The notes beneath the pieces were generated by a model. It was not told where the DNA came from and ran no database searches. It worked only from the letters and a program-made list of their open reading frames with translations. A stretch of DNA of 38,943 bases from Candidatus Micrarchaeia archaeon (GTDB lineage Archaea; Micrarchaeota; Micrarchaeia; Norongarragalinales; UBA8480). Made by a program: the position numbers and the translations under genes. The stretch is from positions 1-38,943 of the forward strand of contig JBAMLY010000006.1 in the NCBI GenBank assembly GCA_039794045.1. Reading direction: 5' to 3'. Below are positions 26,076-35,881 of the stretch, piece after piece; within the stretch, counting starts at the first letter, position 1, and each line of letters opens with the position of its first letter.

Positions 26076-28229
26076 ATGAAGCAAACTTTTATTGCAAGCA
26101 TGAGAAAAAGGGATGGCCGAATTGTGCCCTTCGACCAAACCAAGATAACTAACGCTATTTACAAGGCACTTGAGTCTGTTGGGAAAGCCGACGCCGCGCT
26201 CGCCGAAAAACTCTCAGACCAAGTAGTTGAAAACCTCGAAGAATTTTTCGGGAAGGAAAAGACACCAAGCGTGGAAGAAACCCAGGACATAGTAGAGAAA
26301 GTGCTCATGGAAAGCGGGCAAATCGACGCCGCAAAATCTTACATTCTTTACCGCCACGAACACCGCAAAATACGCGAAATGAAGAACACTTTCGGCGTGG
26401 TAGACGACTTGAAGCTCTCCATCAACGCCTTGAAAGTGCTTGAAGCCCGTTACCTCAAGAAAGACGCAAACAGGCAAGTAATAGAAACGCCGCGACAAAT
26501 GTTCGAGAGAGTAGCACGCAACATCGCGGAAGCCGACAAAATATTTGACCCAAATGCTGACCTCGAAGCAACCACCAAACAATTCTATGAAGCAATGACT
26601 TCGCTTGAATTCCTTCCAAATTCGCCTACGCTCATGAACGCAGGACGCGAAATACAGCAGTTGAGCGCGTGCTTCGTGCTCCCCGTGGAAGACGACATGG
26701 CCGGCATTTTCGACGCAGTAAAATACGCTGCCCTCGTCCACCAAAGCGGGGGAGGCACTGGCTTTTCCTTCTCGCGGTTGCGCCCGAAAGGCGACGTCGT
26801 TAAAAGCACGATGGGAGTGGCTTCTGGCCCTATTTCTTTCATGCGCGTCTTCAACACCGCCACAGAAGTAATAAAGCAAGGGGGAACGCGGCGCGGCGCC
26901 AACATGGGCATACTGCGAGTGGACCACCCAGACATTCTTGAATTCATTGTCGCCAAGGAAAAGGAAGGCGAGATAAATAACTTCAATATTTCGGTGGCGA
27001 TAACAGACAAGTTCATGGAAGCCGTGGAGAAAAACGAGGAATACGACCTCGTCAACCCACACACTAAAAAAGTCGTGAACAAGCTGAACGCCCGAAAAGT
27101 ATTCAACTTGATAGTCACCATGGCCTGGAAGAATGGCGAGCCCGGAGTAATATTTATTGACAGGATAAACCAGTTCAACCCGACTCCGAAACTGGGAGAA
27201 ATAGAAGCCACCAACCCGTGCGGCGAACAGCCGCTCTTGCCCTATGAAGCATGCAACCTCGGCTCGCTTAACCTCTCGAAAATGGTGAAAGAAGAAAACG
27301 GTAAAACCGTGGTGGACTGGGAAAAAATAAAGCGCATGACGCGCCTCGCAGTTCACTTTCTTGACAACGTAATTGAGATGAGTAAATTCCCGTTGCCGCA
27401 AATAAGCCAAATGGTGCGTGGAAACCGCAAGATAGGCTTGGGGGTAATGGGTTGGGCTGACCTTCTAATTCAACTCAGAATTCCCTATAATTCACGCGAG
27501 GCCGTAGAACTCGCAGAAAAACTAATGAAAACAATTCAGGAAGAAGCCAGGCTGGCTTCACAGGACCTCGCAGAAAAACGCGGGGCGTTCCCGAACTTCA
27601 AGGGAAGCATTTACGACAAGCCAGGCGCGAGGCCCATGCGCAACGCCACTGTTACCACTATCGCTCCAACTGGAACGCTAAGCATAATCGCTGGCTGCTC
27701 CAGCGGAATAGAGCCCTTGTTCGCGATTTCATTCATTCGCAACGTGTTGGACGGCACCGAAATGGTGGAAATCAATCCGCACTTCGAAAAAATAGCTAAG
27801 GAACGCGGCTTCTACAACGAAGAATTGATTAAAAACATAGTCAAGCAAGGCTCGATACAGTCGATAACAGAAATACCTGAAGACATACGCAGAGTTTTCG
27901 TGACAGCGCACGACATAAGACCCGAAGACCACGTCCTCATGCAGGCAGCATTCCAGAAATACACTGACAACGCGGTAAGCAAGACAGTAAACTTTCCGCA
28001 CGACGCCACAGTGGAAGACGTTGAAAAAGTTTACTTGCTCGCCTACAAGACTGGCTGCAAGGGAATAACCATTTACCGCGACCGCAGCAGGCAAGAACAA
28101 GTGCTCAACATAGAGAAAGTGCGCAGGAAAGAACAAAACGAAGACAACATGGAGACCGCGACCGCGCCGTCAAAGAAAATGGTTTTCGCAGCAGAGTACG
28201 CCGGCGGTTGCGCGTCATGCAACGCCTAA
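26076..28229 (+). CDS. nrdJ: Class II (B12-dependent) ribonucleotide reductase with N-terminal ATP cone
   Basis: KRDGRIVPFD ATP cone, PNSPTLMNAG, SACFV, TNPCGEQPL, ACNLGS, IAPTGT, C-terminal CASC. Confidence 0.96.
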   Translation: MKQTFIASMRKRDGRIVPFDQTKITNAIYKALESVGKADAALAEKLSDQVVENLEEFFGKEKTPSVEETQDIVEKVLMESGQIDAAKSYILYRHEHRKIREMKNTFGVVDDLKLSINALKVLEARYLKKDANRQVIETPRQMFERVARNIAEADKIFDPNADLEATTKQFYEAMTSLEFLPNSPTLMNAGREIQQLSACFVLPVEDDMAGIFDAVKYAALVHQSGGGTGFSFSRLRPKGDVVKSTMGVASGPISFMRVFNTATEVIKQGGTRRGANMGILRVDHPDILEFIVAKEKEGEINNFNISVAITDKFMEAVEKNEEYDLVNPHTKKVVNKLNARKVFNLIVTMAWKNGEPGVIFIDRINQFNPTPKLGEIEATNPCGEQPLLPYEACNLGSLNLSKMVKEENGKTVVDWEKIKRMTRLAVHFLDNVIEMSKFPLPQISQMVRGNRKIGLGVMGWADLLIQLRIPYNSREAVELAEKLMKTIQEEARLASQDLAEKRGAFPNFKGSIYDKPGARPMRNATVTTIAPTGTLSIIAGCSSGIEPLFAISFIRNVLDGTEMVEINPHFEKIAKERGFYNEELIKNIVKQGSIQSITEIPEDIRRVFVTAHDIRPEDHVLMQAAFQKYTDNAVSKTVNFPHDATVEDVEKVYLLAYKTGCKGITIYRDRSRQEQVLNIEKVRRKEQNEDNMETATAPSKKMVFAAEYAGGCASCNA

Positions 28230-28699
28230 ATTTTTTTACTAATTATTTTTTCTTCCAAGAAAAATATTTTGCTGCGTTCCTTGTAAACGACAGCGAGCAC
28301 CACGAAAGTCGCCAAAGCAAAAGCAAACGACCACACGCCTAACTTGTTATAGAAAGCGATTACCAGTGTAAGGAAAAGCGTCACGAAAAACAAGGCGAGC
28401 CCCAACAAAATAAAGCTGTGGCTACGCAAAATGAATTTCTTTTTGTCCTTGTAAGGAAATTGCACGTGGTGGTAGAACACAGGCATTGCAAAAACCATTA
28501 TAGTAATAAGGGACGAAAAAACTGACGCAAGCAACAAATAGTCTTGCGCTGGATCTTTGAAGTTAGCGAAAAACAAAGAGTTCAACAAGAAAGCAAACAA
28601 CAAGCCAGCCACCGTAAGCAGCGTGCGAACTTCAGACAGTACGTCACTCAAGCCAGCAGTAAGTTCTTCGTCTTGGACAGTCGAAACCACGAACTCCAC
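28226..28699 (-). CDS. Four-TM membrane protein (DUF6328-like)
   Basis: LSEVRTLLTVAGLLFAFLL, PVFYHH pattern. Confidence 0.7.
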   Translation of the reverse strand: MEFVVSTVQDEELTAGLSDVLSEVRTLLTVAGLLFAFLLNSLFFANFKDPAQDYLLLASVFSSLITIMVFAMPVFYHHVQFPYKDKKKFILRSHSFILLGLALFFVTLFLTLVIAFYNKLGVWSFAFALATFVVLAVVYKERSKIFFLEEKIISKKI

Positions 28700-28738
28700 C
28701 CAACCAATTAAATGAGGAACGCATAAAAAAACTATTGC

Positions 28739-29662
28739 ATGAAGGCATTCACGATAAAAAAAGTGGTTTCACTTTCCCGCTTGCTTCTCGCTCCAATGGA
28801 GGGCGTTAACGACGCCGCGTTCAGAATGCTTTGCGTCCAGCACGGCGCAGGCATTACTTACAGTGAAATGGTAAGCGCTGAATCGCTTTTGCGTGGCTCG
28901 AAGGGAGCACTGCAGAGAATTCAGAGGCTCCCAAAAAACAAGCCGCACGCAATACAGCTCGTTGGCGCCGACCCACAAAAAATGGCTGAAGCAGCAAAGC
29001 TCGCAGAAAAAAGCGGTAAAGCAGAATTAATTGACGTGAACGCTGGCTGTCCCGCCCCAAAAATAACTCGGCAAGGCGCGGGAGCAAAGCTCTTGACTGA
29101 CCTAGAAAGACTAGAGGAAATAATTCGCGCGGTAAGTTCTTCCACGAGGCTGCCAGTCACCGTAAAAATTCGGAGCGGCTACTCGAAACCTTGTTTCCTG
29201 GAAGCTGGAAAGGCCATCGAACGCAGTGGGGCATCGGCGCTAGCCATTCACGCCCGTCTCGCCACGCAAGGCTATTCAGGCAAAGCAAATTGGAGGCACG
29301 TTAAAAAACTCAAGGAAAAGCTCGCGATACCAGTGATAGGAAACGGCGACGTGCAAACCAAATCAGACGCTGGAAGAAAAATGTTGGAAACAGGCTGTGA
29401 CGCGGTAATGATTGGGCGCGCCGCAGCAACAAACCCCCTCGTATTCGAGGGAATAGAGAATGAATTCAACGAAAAACTTGCGCTCTTCAAGGAATACTTG
29501 AGCCTGGCAAGAAAAACAAGCACGTCATTTAGTTACGTGAAAACTCACGCGCAAAACTTTGCGCATGGCTTTCCTGGAGCGTCGCGCTTGAGACAAAAAA
29601 TTTGTGGGGCACGCGACGTTCAACAACTCTTGAAGGCATGGAAAAGCACTTTAAAAGAGTGA
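28739..29662 (+). CDS. dus: tRNA-dihydrouridine synthase
   Basis: LAPMEGV, DVNAGCP, PVTVKIR, IHAR, IGNGDV, VMIGRAA. Confidence 0.95.
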   Translation: MKAFTIKKVVSLSRLLLAPMEGVNDAAFRMLCVQHGAGITYSEMVSAESLLRGSKGALQRIQRLPKNKPHAIQLVGADPQKMAEAAKLAEKSGKAELIDVNAGCPAPKITRQGAGAKLLTDLERLEEIIRAVSSSTRLPVTVKIRSGYSKPCFLEAGKAIERSGASALAIHARLATQGYSGKANWRHVKKLKEKLAIPVIGNGDVQTKSDAGRKMLETGCDAVMIGRAAATNPLVFEGIENEFNEKLALFKEYLSLARKTSTSFSYVKTHAQNFAHGFPGASRLRQKICGARDVQQLLKAWKSTLKE

Positions 29663-29689
29663 GAAAGAAAACGAGTTAGGAGGGTTTGC

Positions 29690-31075
29690 TTGGCTGAAGT
29701 GGAGGAAACAGTGTTCCGCGAGTACGACTTGCGTGGACGCGTTGGAACAGAACTAAACGCAAAAACAATGAACTTGATTGCGCGGGCTTTTGGCTCTTTT
29801 CTTTTGCGCGAGGGAGTAGCAGAGTGTGTGGTGGGAAGGGACTCGCGTCCTTCCTCTGAAGAACTCTGCGAAGCCGCATTGCAGGGACTGCTGTCCACCG
29901 GCTTGCTCGTCACTGACATTGGAGTCACCGTCACTCCTTGTCTTTACTTCGCCCAACACTACTTGCGCTCGCGGGGCGGCTTCATGGTAACCGCTTCCCA
30001 CAACCCAAACGAGTGGAACGGCGTAAAGCTGGCTGACGACTTCTCTAAAACCCTTCTCGGACCTGAAATAGCCGAGTTAAAGCGTATTATTAGAGAGGAA
30101 GATTTCGTTCCCTTCGCGCAAGGAGTGCTGCGCCGAGCCGACGTCAAGGAAGCTTACTTGTCTGACGTGAGCCGCCGGGTACGCGTAAAGAAGAAACTCA
30201 AAGTAGTCGTGGACTGCGGCAACGGAACGGCAAGCGATTTCACTCCAGAAGCTCTTGAACGCGCAGGATGCGAAGTCATTCCCTTGTACTGCGAAGTAGA
30301 CCCCTCTTTCCCAAACCACTTCCCAAACCCGGAACTAAGAGAAGCCAAGCAAGCGCTTAGCAAGAAAGTAGTACAAGAAAAAGCGGACTTAGGAATAGGA
30401 GTAGATGGCGACGGCGACAGGCTAGGAGTAGTAGATGAGAAAGGAGAAAACGTTTGGAGTGACCGCTTAATGATTTTGCTTGCGCGCCAAGTGCTCGAGC
30501 GAAAGCCTGGCGCCACAATAGTATTCGACGTGAAGTGCACTCGCGCCCTCCAAGAAGACATTCAAGCACATGGCGGAAAGCCCATCATGTGGAAGACTGG
30601 CCACTCCTACATTCAAAGAAAAGCAGTCGAAGCAAACGCTCCCTTCGCTGGCGAGAGAAGCGGGCACTTCTTCTACTGGGACAACTATTACGGCTTCGAC
30701 GACGCCACGTATGCTGCACTTAGGTTAGCGGAATACTTGTCGGGTCGCGACGAAACGCTTTCCCAGCTCCTGCAAACCACGCCACACTACTTCACTTCAC
30801 CAACCATTCACGCCACTTGCCCAGACGAGAAAAAGTACGGCGTAGTCGAAGCCCTAGCAAAAGAATTCAAGAAAGAATACGAAGTCAACGAAGTCAATGG
30901 AGCACGCGTGGAATTCAGCGACGGCTGGGGACTAGTGCGAGCTTCATCTAACGAGCCTGCACTCGTGCTCGTCTTTGAAGCAAAAACACGGGAGCGCCTC
31001 CAAGAAATAAAGCAATTGTTTCGAGAAAAACTCTCGCGCTTCAAAGAAGTATCGCTTGAGTGGAGAAACGAGTGA
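29690..31075 (+). CDS. Phosphomannomutase/phosphoglucomutase
   Basis: FREYDLRG, TASHNP, DGDGDR, GERSGH, VRASSNEP. Confidence 0.96.
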   Translation: MAEVEETVFREYDLRGRVGTELNAKTMNLIARAFGSFLLREGVAECVVGRDSRPSSEELCEAALQGLLSTGLLVTDIGVTVTPCLYFAQHYLRSRGGFMVTASHNPNEWNGVKLADDFSKTLLGPEIAELKRIIREEDFVPFAQGVLRRADVKEAYLSDVSRRVRVKKKLKVVVDCGNGTASDFTPEALERAGCEVIPLYCEVDPSFPNHFPNPELREAKQALSKKVVQEKADLGIGVDGDGDRLGVVDEKGENVWSDRLMILLARQVLERKPGATIVFDVKCTRALQEDIQAHGGKPIMWKTGHSYIQRKAVEANAPFAGERSGHFFYWDNYYGFDDATYAALRLAEYLSGRDETLSQLLQTTPHYFTSPTIHATCPDEKKYGVVEALAKEFKKEYEVNEVNGARVEFSDGWGLVRASSNEPALVLVFEAKTRERLQEIKQLFREKLSRFKEVSLEWRNE

Positions 31076-31076
31076 A

Positions 31077-31763
31077 ATGCTTTCAATAGTCATTCCAGCA
31101 TGCAACGAAGAAAAACGCATTAAAGCAACGCTGGAAAAACTTTTGAGGTTCTTGAATAAAGCGCGCCTGAAAAGCGAAGTGATAGTCGTAAACAATGGCG
31201 AAGACGACACTTGGAGAGTCGTCAAAGAATTCGTTGAAAGAGACTCTCGCGTGCGCTTAATAGATTTTCGCAAGCCTCTCGGCAAAGGCAGAGCCTTGAA
31301 GGAAGGCTTCAAAGCAGCCCATGGCGACGTCTTAACATTCGACGCAGACGCTTCAATGCCGCCCAAGGAAATTCCCAAGCTCTTGAAAGCCCTGAAAGAC
31401 TGCGATGTTGTAATCGCTTCCAGGCGCCTGCCAGAATCTAGTGTAAGCGGAATTCCCCCGCACAGAAAAACTGCGAGCGCGACATTCGCACTACTCGTCA
31501 AGCTCGTGGGAGGGTTGCCTTACTCGGACACGCAGTGCGGATTCAAGTTGTTCCGCCGCTCCGCGCTAAAGAAAATGCTTTCCTTGATGCGCGAAAGCGG
31601 TTTTGCATGGGACGTGGAAATGCTTTACCTCGCGCGCCGCCTGAAACTCAAAGTAAGAGAAGTGCCAGTGGAATGGAGTTACGCGAGTGGCGGAAGCGTG
31701 AGTCCAGGCGCGGCAGCCAAAATGGTTTTAGACTTGCTTATACTGCGCGCGCGATTTGGTTGA
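31077..31763 (+). CDS. GT2 glycosyltransferase (dolichyl-phosphate sugar synthase-like)
   Basis: SIVIPACNEE, GKGRA, DAD, DTQCGFKLF, FAWDVE. Confidence 0.93.
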   Translation: MLSIVIPACNEEKRIKATLEKLLRFLNKARLKSEVIVVNNGEDDTWRVVKEFVERDSRVRLIDFRKPLGKGRALKEGFKAAHGDVLTFDADASMPPKEIPKLLKALKDCDVVIASRRLPESSVSGIPPHRKTASATFALLVKLVGGLPYSDTQCGFKLFRRSALKKMLSLMRESGFAWDVEMLYLARRLKLKVREVPVEWSYASGGSVSPGAAAKMVLDLLILRARFG

Positions 31764-32021
31764 AGCAACCCATGAAGCAACCGCGACCAAGACAAAGCAG
31801 GCCGCGACCGCAAAAAAATCCATTTTCAAGCCTAAAAAGAAGTTCAAGAAGAAGACCAGAAGCGAGGGCAGCAGCGCGCCAAGCACCACCGAAAAAAGAA
31901 TTGCTTCAATTCCGCGGCTCTCGCCAAACAAAGCTTTAAATGAAAGAAAGCCAGCTGCCGCGAACAAAATTACGCCAACCACTAACTGCAAAAAGCTTCC
32001 GTAGAGGAAAGGTTCAACCAT
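31728..32021 (-). CDS. Small membrane protein (about 3 TM)
   Basis: Hydrophobic 97-aa ORF convergent with GT2. Confidence 0.65.
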   Translation of the reverse strand: MVEPFLYGSFLQLVVGVILFAAAGFLSFKALFGESRGIEAILFSVVLGALLPSLLVFFLNFFLGLKMDFFAVAACFVLVAVASWVASTKSRAQYKQV

Positions 32022-32055
32022 GCAATAATAAACAGCGCGCGCAATAAAAACTTGT

Positions 32056-33102
32056 TTGAAGGTGCTCTACTTGTACGACGTCGCAATCGTTGGAGCCAGC
32101 GCGATTGGCTGCATTTGCGCCAGGGAATGCGCCTCGCTAGGATTGAAAACTATAGTTTTTGAAGAGGACTCGCGGCCCGGAAAATTCGGCAAGTGCACGG
32201 CAATAATTTCAAGGCGTGGGCTTGACTCGCTTGGAGTCGACTACGCGCGCACTACAGCAAACGAAGTGCGCGGCGCAGACATTCATGCCGGCAAAGCAGT
32301 GCTCCGCATTAGAAGCAGGGAACCAATTGCTTTAGTGCTTGAACGACAGGAATTCGACGAGGAATGCGCGGCTGAAGCTGAAAGAGAGGGCGCAAAAATA
32401 GTTTACGGCCAAAAAGTTTCTTCGCTTGACCTCGGCTCTCGCTTCGTGGTTGGCGCAGACGGCGCTTCGTCCACGGTGGCCAGACTCGCACGATTCCCCG
32501 AAATTCCGGCGCGCAAAATGGCTCTCGCTTACGAGGCAGAATACGAGGAATGCTTGCTGGAAGACGAGAAAATCGTTCACGTCTTCCTTGACGGAGAAAA
32601 GTTTCCTGGCTTCTTTGGTTGGCTGGTGCCGTCTGGCAGAAGCCGCGCTCGAATTGGTTTCGCGACCACGCTGCATGAAAAGCAAGCGCTTGGCAGGAAA
32701 GCCATTTACGAGCAAGAAGTCGTGGCCCGCGCGCTTTCCGGAAAGCCACGCAAAAGCCGCGAGTTCAACGCCTTGATTCCGCTAGCAGCAAGAAAGCAGA
32801 CGAGGAAAGAAAATGTTTTGCTTGCAGGCGACGCGGCAGGCCAAACGAAAGCAACCACTGGCGGCGGAATAGTGTTCGGTGGCTTATGCGCGAAAGTCGC
32901 GGCTCAATGCATTGCCGCTAATGCAGACTACGAGAAAGCGTGGCGCTCTAAATACGGCGGCATTCTAGCCGCGCACTCTTTTGCGCGCCTCGCTCTCGAC
33001 AAAACAGCTTCCTTGGCTGAAGGCGTGGTTGCTTTAAGCGCTCTCGCTAGAGCGAACAAGTTGCTTGAACTAGCTGGCGACATGGACTACTTCGTGAAGT
33101 AA
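32056..33102 (+). CDS. Geranylgeranyl reductase family FAD oxidoreductase
   Basis: DVAIVGA, ERQEFD, VGADG, PGFFGWLVP, AGDAAGQTKATTGGGI. Confidence 0.9.
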   Translation: MKVLYLYDVAIVGASAIGCICARECASLGLKTIVFEEDSRPGKFGKCTAIISRRGLDSLGVDYARTTANEVRGADIHAGKAVLRIRSREPIALVLERQEFDEECAAEAEREGAKIVYGQKVSSLDLGSRFVVGADGASSTVARLARFPEIPARKMALAYEAEYEECLLEDEKIVHVFLDGEKFPGFFGWLVPSGRSRARIGFATTLHEKQALGRKAIYEQEVVARALSGKPRKSREFNALIPLAARKQTRKENVLLAGDAAGQTKATTGGGIVFGGLCAKVAAQCIAANADYEKAWRSKYGGILAAHSFARLALDKTASLAEGVVALSALARANKLLELAGDMDYFVK

Positions 33103-33798
33103 CTACTTCCCAAAATTGCGTTTTACTCCAGCGTAGTAGTCTAGGGCTTCGTTGAAGTCCGTTCTTTGAAACTCTGGCCAAAGCTTTTTAGAGAAAAAGA
33201 GTTCGCTGTAGCCAGCCTGCCAAGGCATGAAGCCGCTCAGCCTCTGTACATCGCCAGTGCGAATAACTAAGTCAGGAGAACGCGTAAAGTAAAGGTATTT
33301 CTCGAAGCTTTCTTCGTTGATGTCCTCGCGAGATATTCTTCCCAGCGACACGTCTAGCGCGATCGCTCGCGCGGCATGCAAAAGCTCTTCCTTTCCAGCG
33401 TAAGCGACTGCAATGTTGAGTTCAATGCGCTTGTTGTCCTGCGTGCGTTTTTCGAGTAAGCGCATTCTTTCCTGCAATGTCTTGGGAAGCAAGTCAAGCT
33501 TGCCGAAAAACTTGACGCGAACGCCTTCCTCGTTGAAGCGGTTGTCTGAAATTGCTTCGCCCAGCTTTCTGTCAAACAAGGAAAAAATTATGCTTAACTC
33601 GTTTTTCGAGCGCTTAAAAAAGTTTTCCAGAGAAAGCGCCCAAAAGCTAAGCGAAGAAACGCCTACCTCGCCAGCCCAACCAGCGACTTCCTCTACTTTC
33701 TTGAAGCCAGCCAAGTAAGCTGATTGAATGCTGACGCCTGCCTTCCTCGAAAAACGACGGTTTCCGTCAGGAATTATTGCGACACTACTAGGAAGCAT
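33103..33798 (-). CDS. uppS: cis-prenyltransferase (polyprenyl diphosphate synthase)
   Basis: IIPDGNRR, SLENF.KRS, PDLVIRTG, RLSGFMPWQ, RNFGK; ATG at 33798. Confidence 0.95.
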   Translation of the reverse strand: MLPSSVAIIPDGNRRFSRKAGVSIQSAYLAGFKKVEEVAGWAGEVGVSSLSFWALSLENFFKRSKNELSIIFSLFDRKLGEAISDNRFNEEGVRVKFFGKLDLLPKTLQERMRLLEKRTQDNKRIELNIAVAYAGKEELLHAARAIALDVSLGRISREDINEESFEKYLYFTRSPDLVIRTGDVQRLSGFMPWQAGYSELFFSKKLWPEFQRTDFNEALDYYAGVKRNFGK

Positions 33799-33908
33799 TG
33801 TATTCCCACGCGAGTTTATACAGAATAGGATATAAAACAAATTTCAGTTAAATACTGTTGCCTTTATTTGTTTAAAATTGTTTTTGCGTCTCAAGCGAGG
33901 CAAAAAAA

Positions 33909-34265
33909 ATGGCTGCCGCCTTAATCAAAAGAAAAAGCCACACTCTTTGGAAGTGCGATGCCCTGCTTTCAACGCCTCAAAAAATGAAGGGCTTAATGTT
34001 CAAGCAAAAAACAGTTCCTCTTTTTTTCGTTTTCGACGCTGAAGCCACTTTCTCGAACGCAATCCACTCCTTCTTCTGCCCGCCATTCGACGCCGTGTTC
34101 CTCGACGAGCACAAACGCGTTGTTGATGTACGCAAGAACATTACTCCCTGGAAAGCATGGATAGCGCCGAAAAAACCAGCAAAGTACTTGCTCGAACTTC
34201 CAGCCGGCGACGCGTCGCGCAAGCGCGTGCGCGAAGGAGAGACTCTAACAATAGTGTTGAAATGA
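33909..34265 (+). CDS. DUF192 family protein
   Basis: KGLMF, IHSFF..PFDAVFLD, AKYLLELPAG. Confidence 0.9.
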   Translation: MAAALIKRKSHTLWKCDALLSTPQKMKGLMFKQKTVPLFFVFDAEATFSNAIHSFFCPPFDAVFLDEHKRVVDVRKNITPWKAWIAPKKPAKYLLELPAGDASRKRVREGETLTIVLK

Positions 34266-35881
34266 GGATCTTACTAGACGAAAGCAAATGCAATTCCTGC
34301 GGCCAGTGCCTTAAAGCGTGCCCTCTGCACCCTAAAGACAAAAGCATCTTCAAGTGCCTTCAGTGCGGGGAAGAAGCAGAATGCCTTGAAGGCGAGTGCC
34401 CCTACGACGCTATAAAGTGCGACTTGTGCGCTTCCAGGGAAGTTCCAGCCTGCATTGAAGCATGCGAGCGCGGAGCGCTCTCGCTGGAAGAGGACGCGCT
34501 TGGATGGCGAGTCAACAAGGCAAGGCGCACTCCAAGCGAGGAAGAATACGTCGTGGCTTCCAGCGACGAGTTTTCTGCGCGCGAACAAAAGTTTGCCGCG
34601 CTGTTAATAAGAGAATTTCAGGAAGGCGTTAAAGAAGAAAAGGAAAGCAATCGCCTTCCCTCGCGAGAAGCCGTGAAAAACAAGTTGCACGCCTTGCTTT
34701 ACAGAGTCTGCGAAGAAAACTCTTTGCTCATGGAGAAAAACAAGGCAAAGAAAATAGTTGAAGCTTGCACGATGAACATTTGCGGCTACGGCGTGCTCGA
34801 CAAGCTGCTTGAAGACGATGAACTCGAAGAAATTTCGGTGGTAGGAATAAACCGCCCAATCAGGGTCTTCCACCGCAGGAAAGGATGGCTTAAAACAAAC
34901 TGCGTTTTAACAAACGAAAACTACGCCGTAAACGCAATCAACAAGATGGCGCGCTCCCTAGGCAGGAGAATAACTTACCAGAACCCACGATTGAATGCAA
35001 CCTTGCCAGACGGTTCCAGGCTTCACGCAAGCATTTCTCCAGTTGCTGCAAACGGCGTAGAAATAACGATCCGCAAATTCAAGGAAAACCCATTGACAGT
35101 CGCAGACTTAGTCAACTCCAATACTTTGTCGTGCGAGGCTGCCGCGTTCCTTTGGACTCTCTTGTTCACAGACGCTTCAATTATAGTCGCTGGCAACACG
35201 GGCTCAGGAAAGACTACTACACTGAATGCATTGTTCAGTTTCGTGCCACAAAACGACCGAGTCGTAATAGTAGAGGAAACACCTGAAATAAGGATTCCAC
35301 AAAAGCACTCTATCAGGATAGTAGCCAACGAAGAACTCGGAATACAAATGAAGGACTTGGTGCGCGACACCCTCCGAATGCGCCCCGACCGCGTCATCAT
35401 CGGCGAAGTACGCTCGAGAGAAGAAGTAGAAGCGCTGTTTGATTCATTGCTTTCGGGGCAAGCGCGTGGTTCTTACGCTACCTTCCACGCCGGCAACAGC
35501 GCCGAAGCAGTAAAGCGCCTCCGCTCTCTTGGAGCACGAGAAGACGAGCTGCCTGCAGTGAGTGCTTTCGTGGTACAACGCAGAATCCCGTTATACGAGC
35601 AAGGAGTCCAACGTGAAATAAGGAGAGTAACCGAAGTAACGGAAGTAAACGCTGACGGAGAACTAGGCGTCCTCTTTTCCTACAATCCAACTAAAGACTG
35701 CCTAGAAAAAACAAAGTACTACGAAAATTGTTTCTTGTTCGAGAAAATGAAGACGAGCTACCGAATGAGGAAAGAACAAATCGCTTCCCTCGTTCAGAAA
35801 AAAGCCAAGAGCTTGGCTGAACTCTCTGCCCGCAACCTGGACCACTCGTCTTTCGCTAAAGAAGTAGCGAGGCTGGCTTGA
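34262..35881 (+). CDS. Type IV pilus/secretion ATPase (CpaF/VirB11-like) with N-terminal multi-[4Fe-4S] ferredoxin domain
   Basis: ATGA overlap with DUF192; 12 Cys in the first 68 aa; LPDGSRL, TIRKF, Walker A GNTGSGKT, EETPE, RMRPDRVIIGEVR, TFHA. Confidence 0.93.
   Translation: MRILLDESKCNSCGQCLKACPLHPKDKSIFKCLQCGEEAECLEGECPYDAIKCDLCASREVPACIEACERGALSLEEDALGWRVNKARRTPSEEEYVVASSDEFSAREQKFAALLIREFQEGVKEEKESNRLPSREAVKNKLHALLYRVCEENSLLMEKNKAKKIVEACTMNICGYGVLDKLLEDDELEEISVVGINRPIRVFHRRKGWLKTNCVLTNENYAVNAINKMARSLGRRITYQNPRLNATLPDGSRLHASISPVAANGVEITIRKFKENPLTVADLVNSNTLSCEAAAFLWTLLFTDASIIVAGNTGSGKTTTLNALFSFVPQNDRVVIVEETPEIRIPQKHSIRIVANEELGIQMKDLVRDTLRMRPDRVIIGEVRSREEVEALFDSLLSGQARGSYATFHAGNSAEAVKRLRSLGAREDELPAVSAFVVQRRIPLYEQGVQREIRRVTEVTEVNADGELGVLFSYNPTKDCLEKTKYYENCFLFEKMKTSYRMRKEQIASLVQKKAKSLAELSARNLDHSSFAKEVARLA

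Noticed and set aside
26214..27410. Long antisense ORFs (398 aa here, many shorter ones across the r-protein operon)
   Set aside because: Shadows of well-supported sense genes; no recognisable motifs.
26076..28229. Intein in nrdJ
   Set aside because: Length is ordinary and the catalytic motifs are contiguous; no intein termini seen.
34157..34261. N-terminal extension of the 574-aa ATPase ORF
   Set aside because: Lies inside DUF192 in another frame; ATG 34262 overlaps the DUF192 stop (ATGA).
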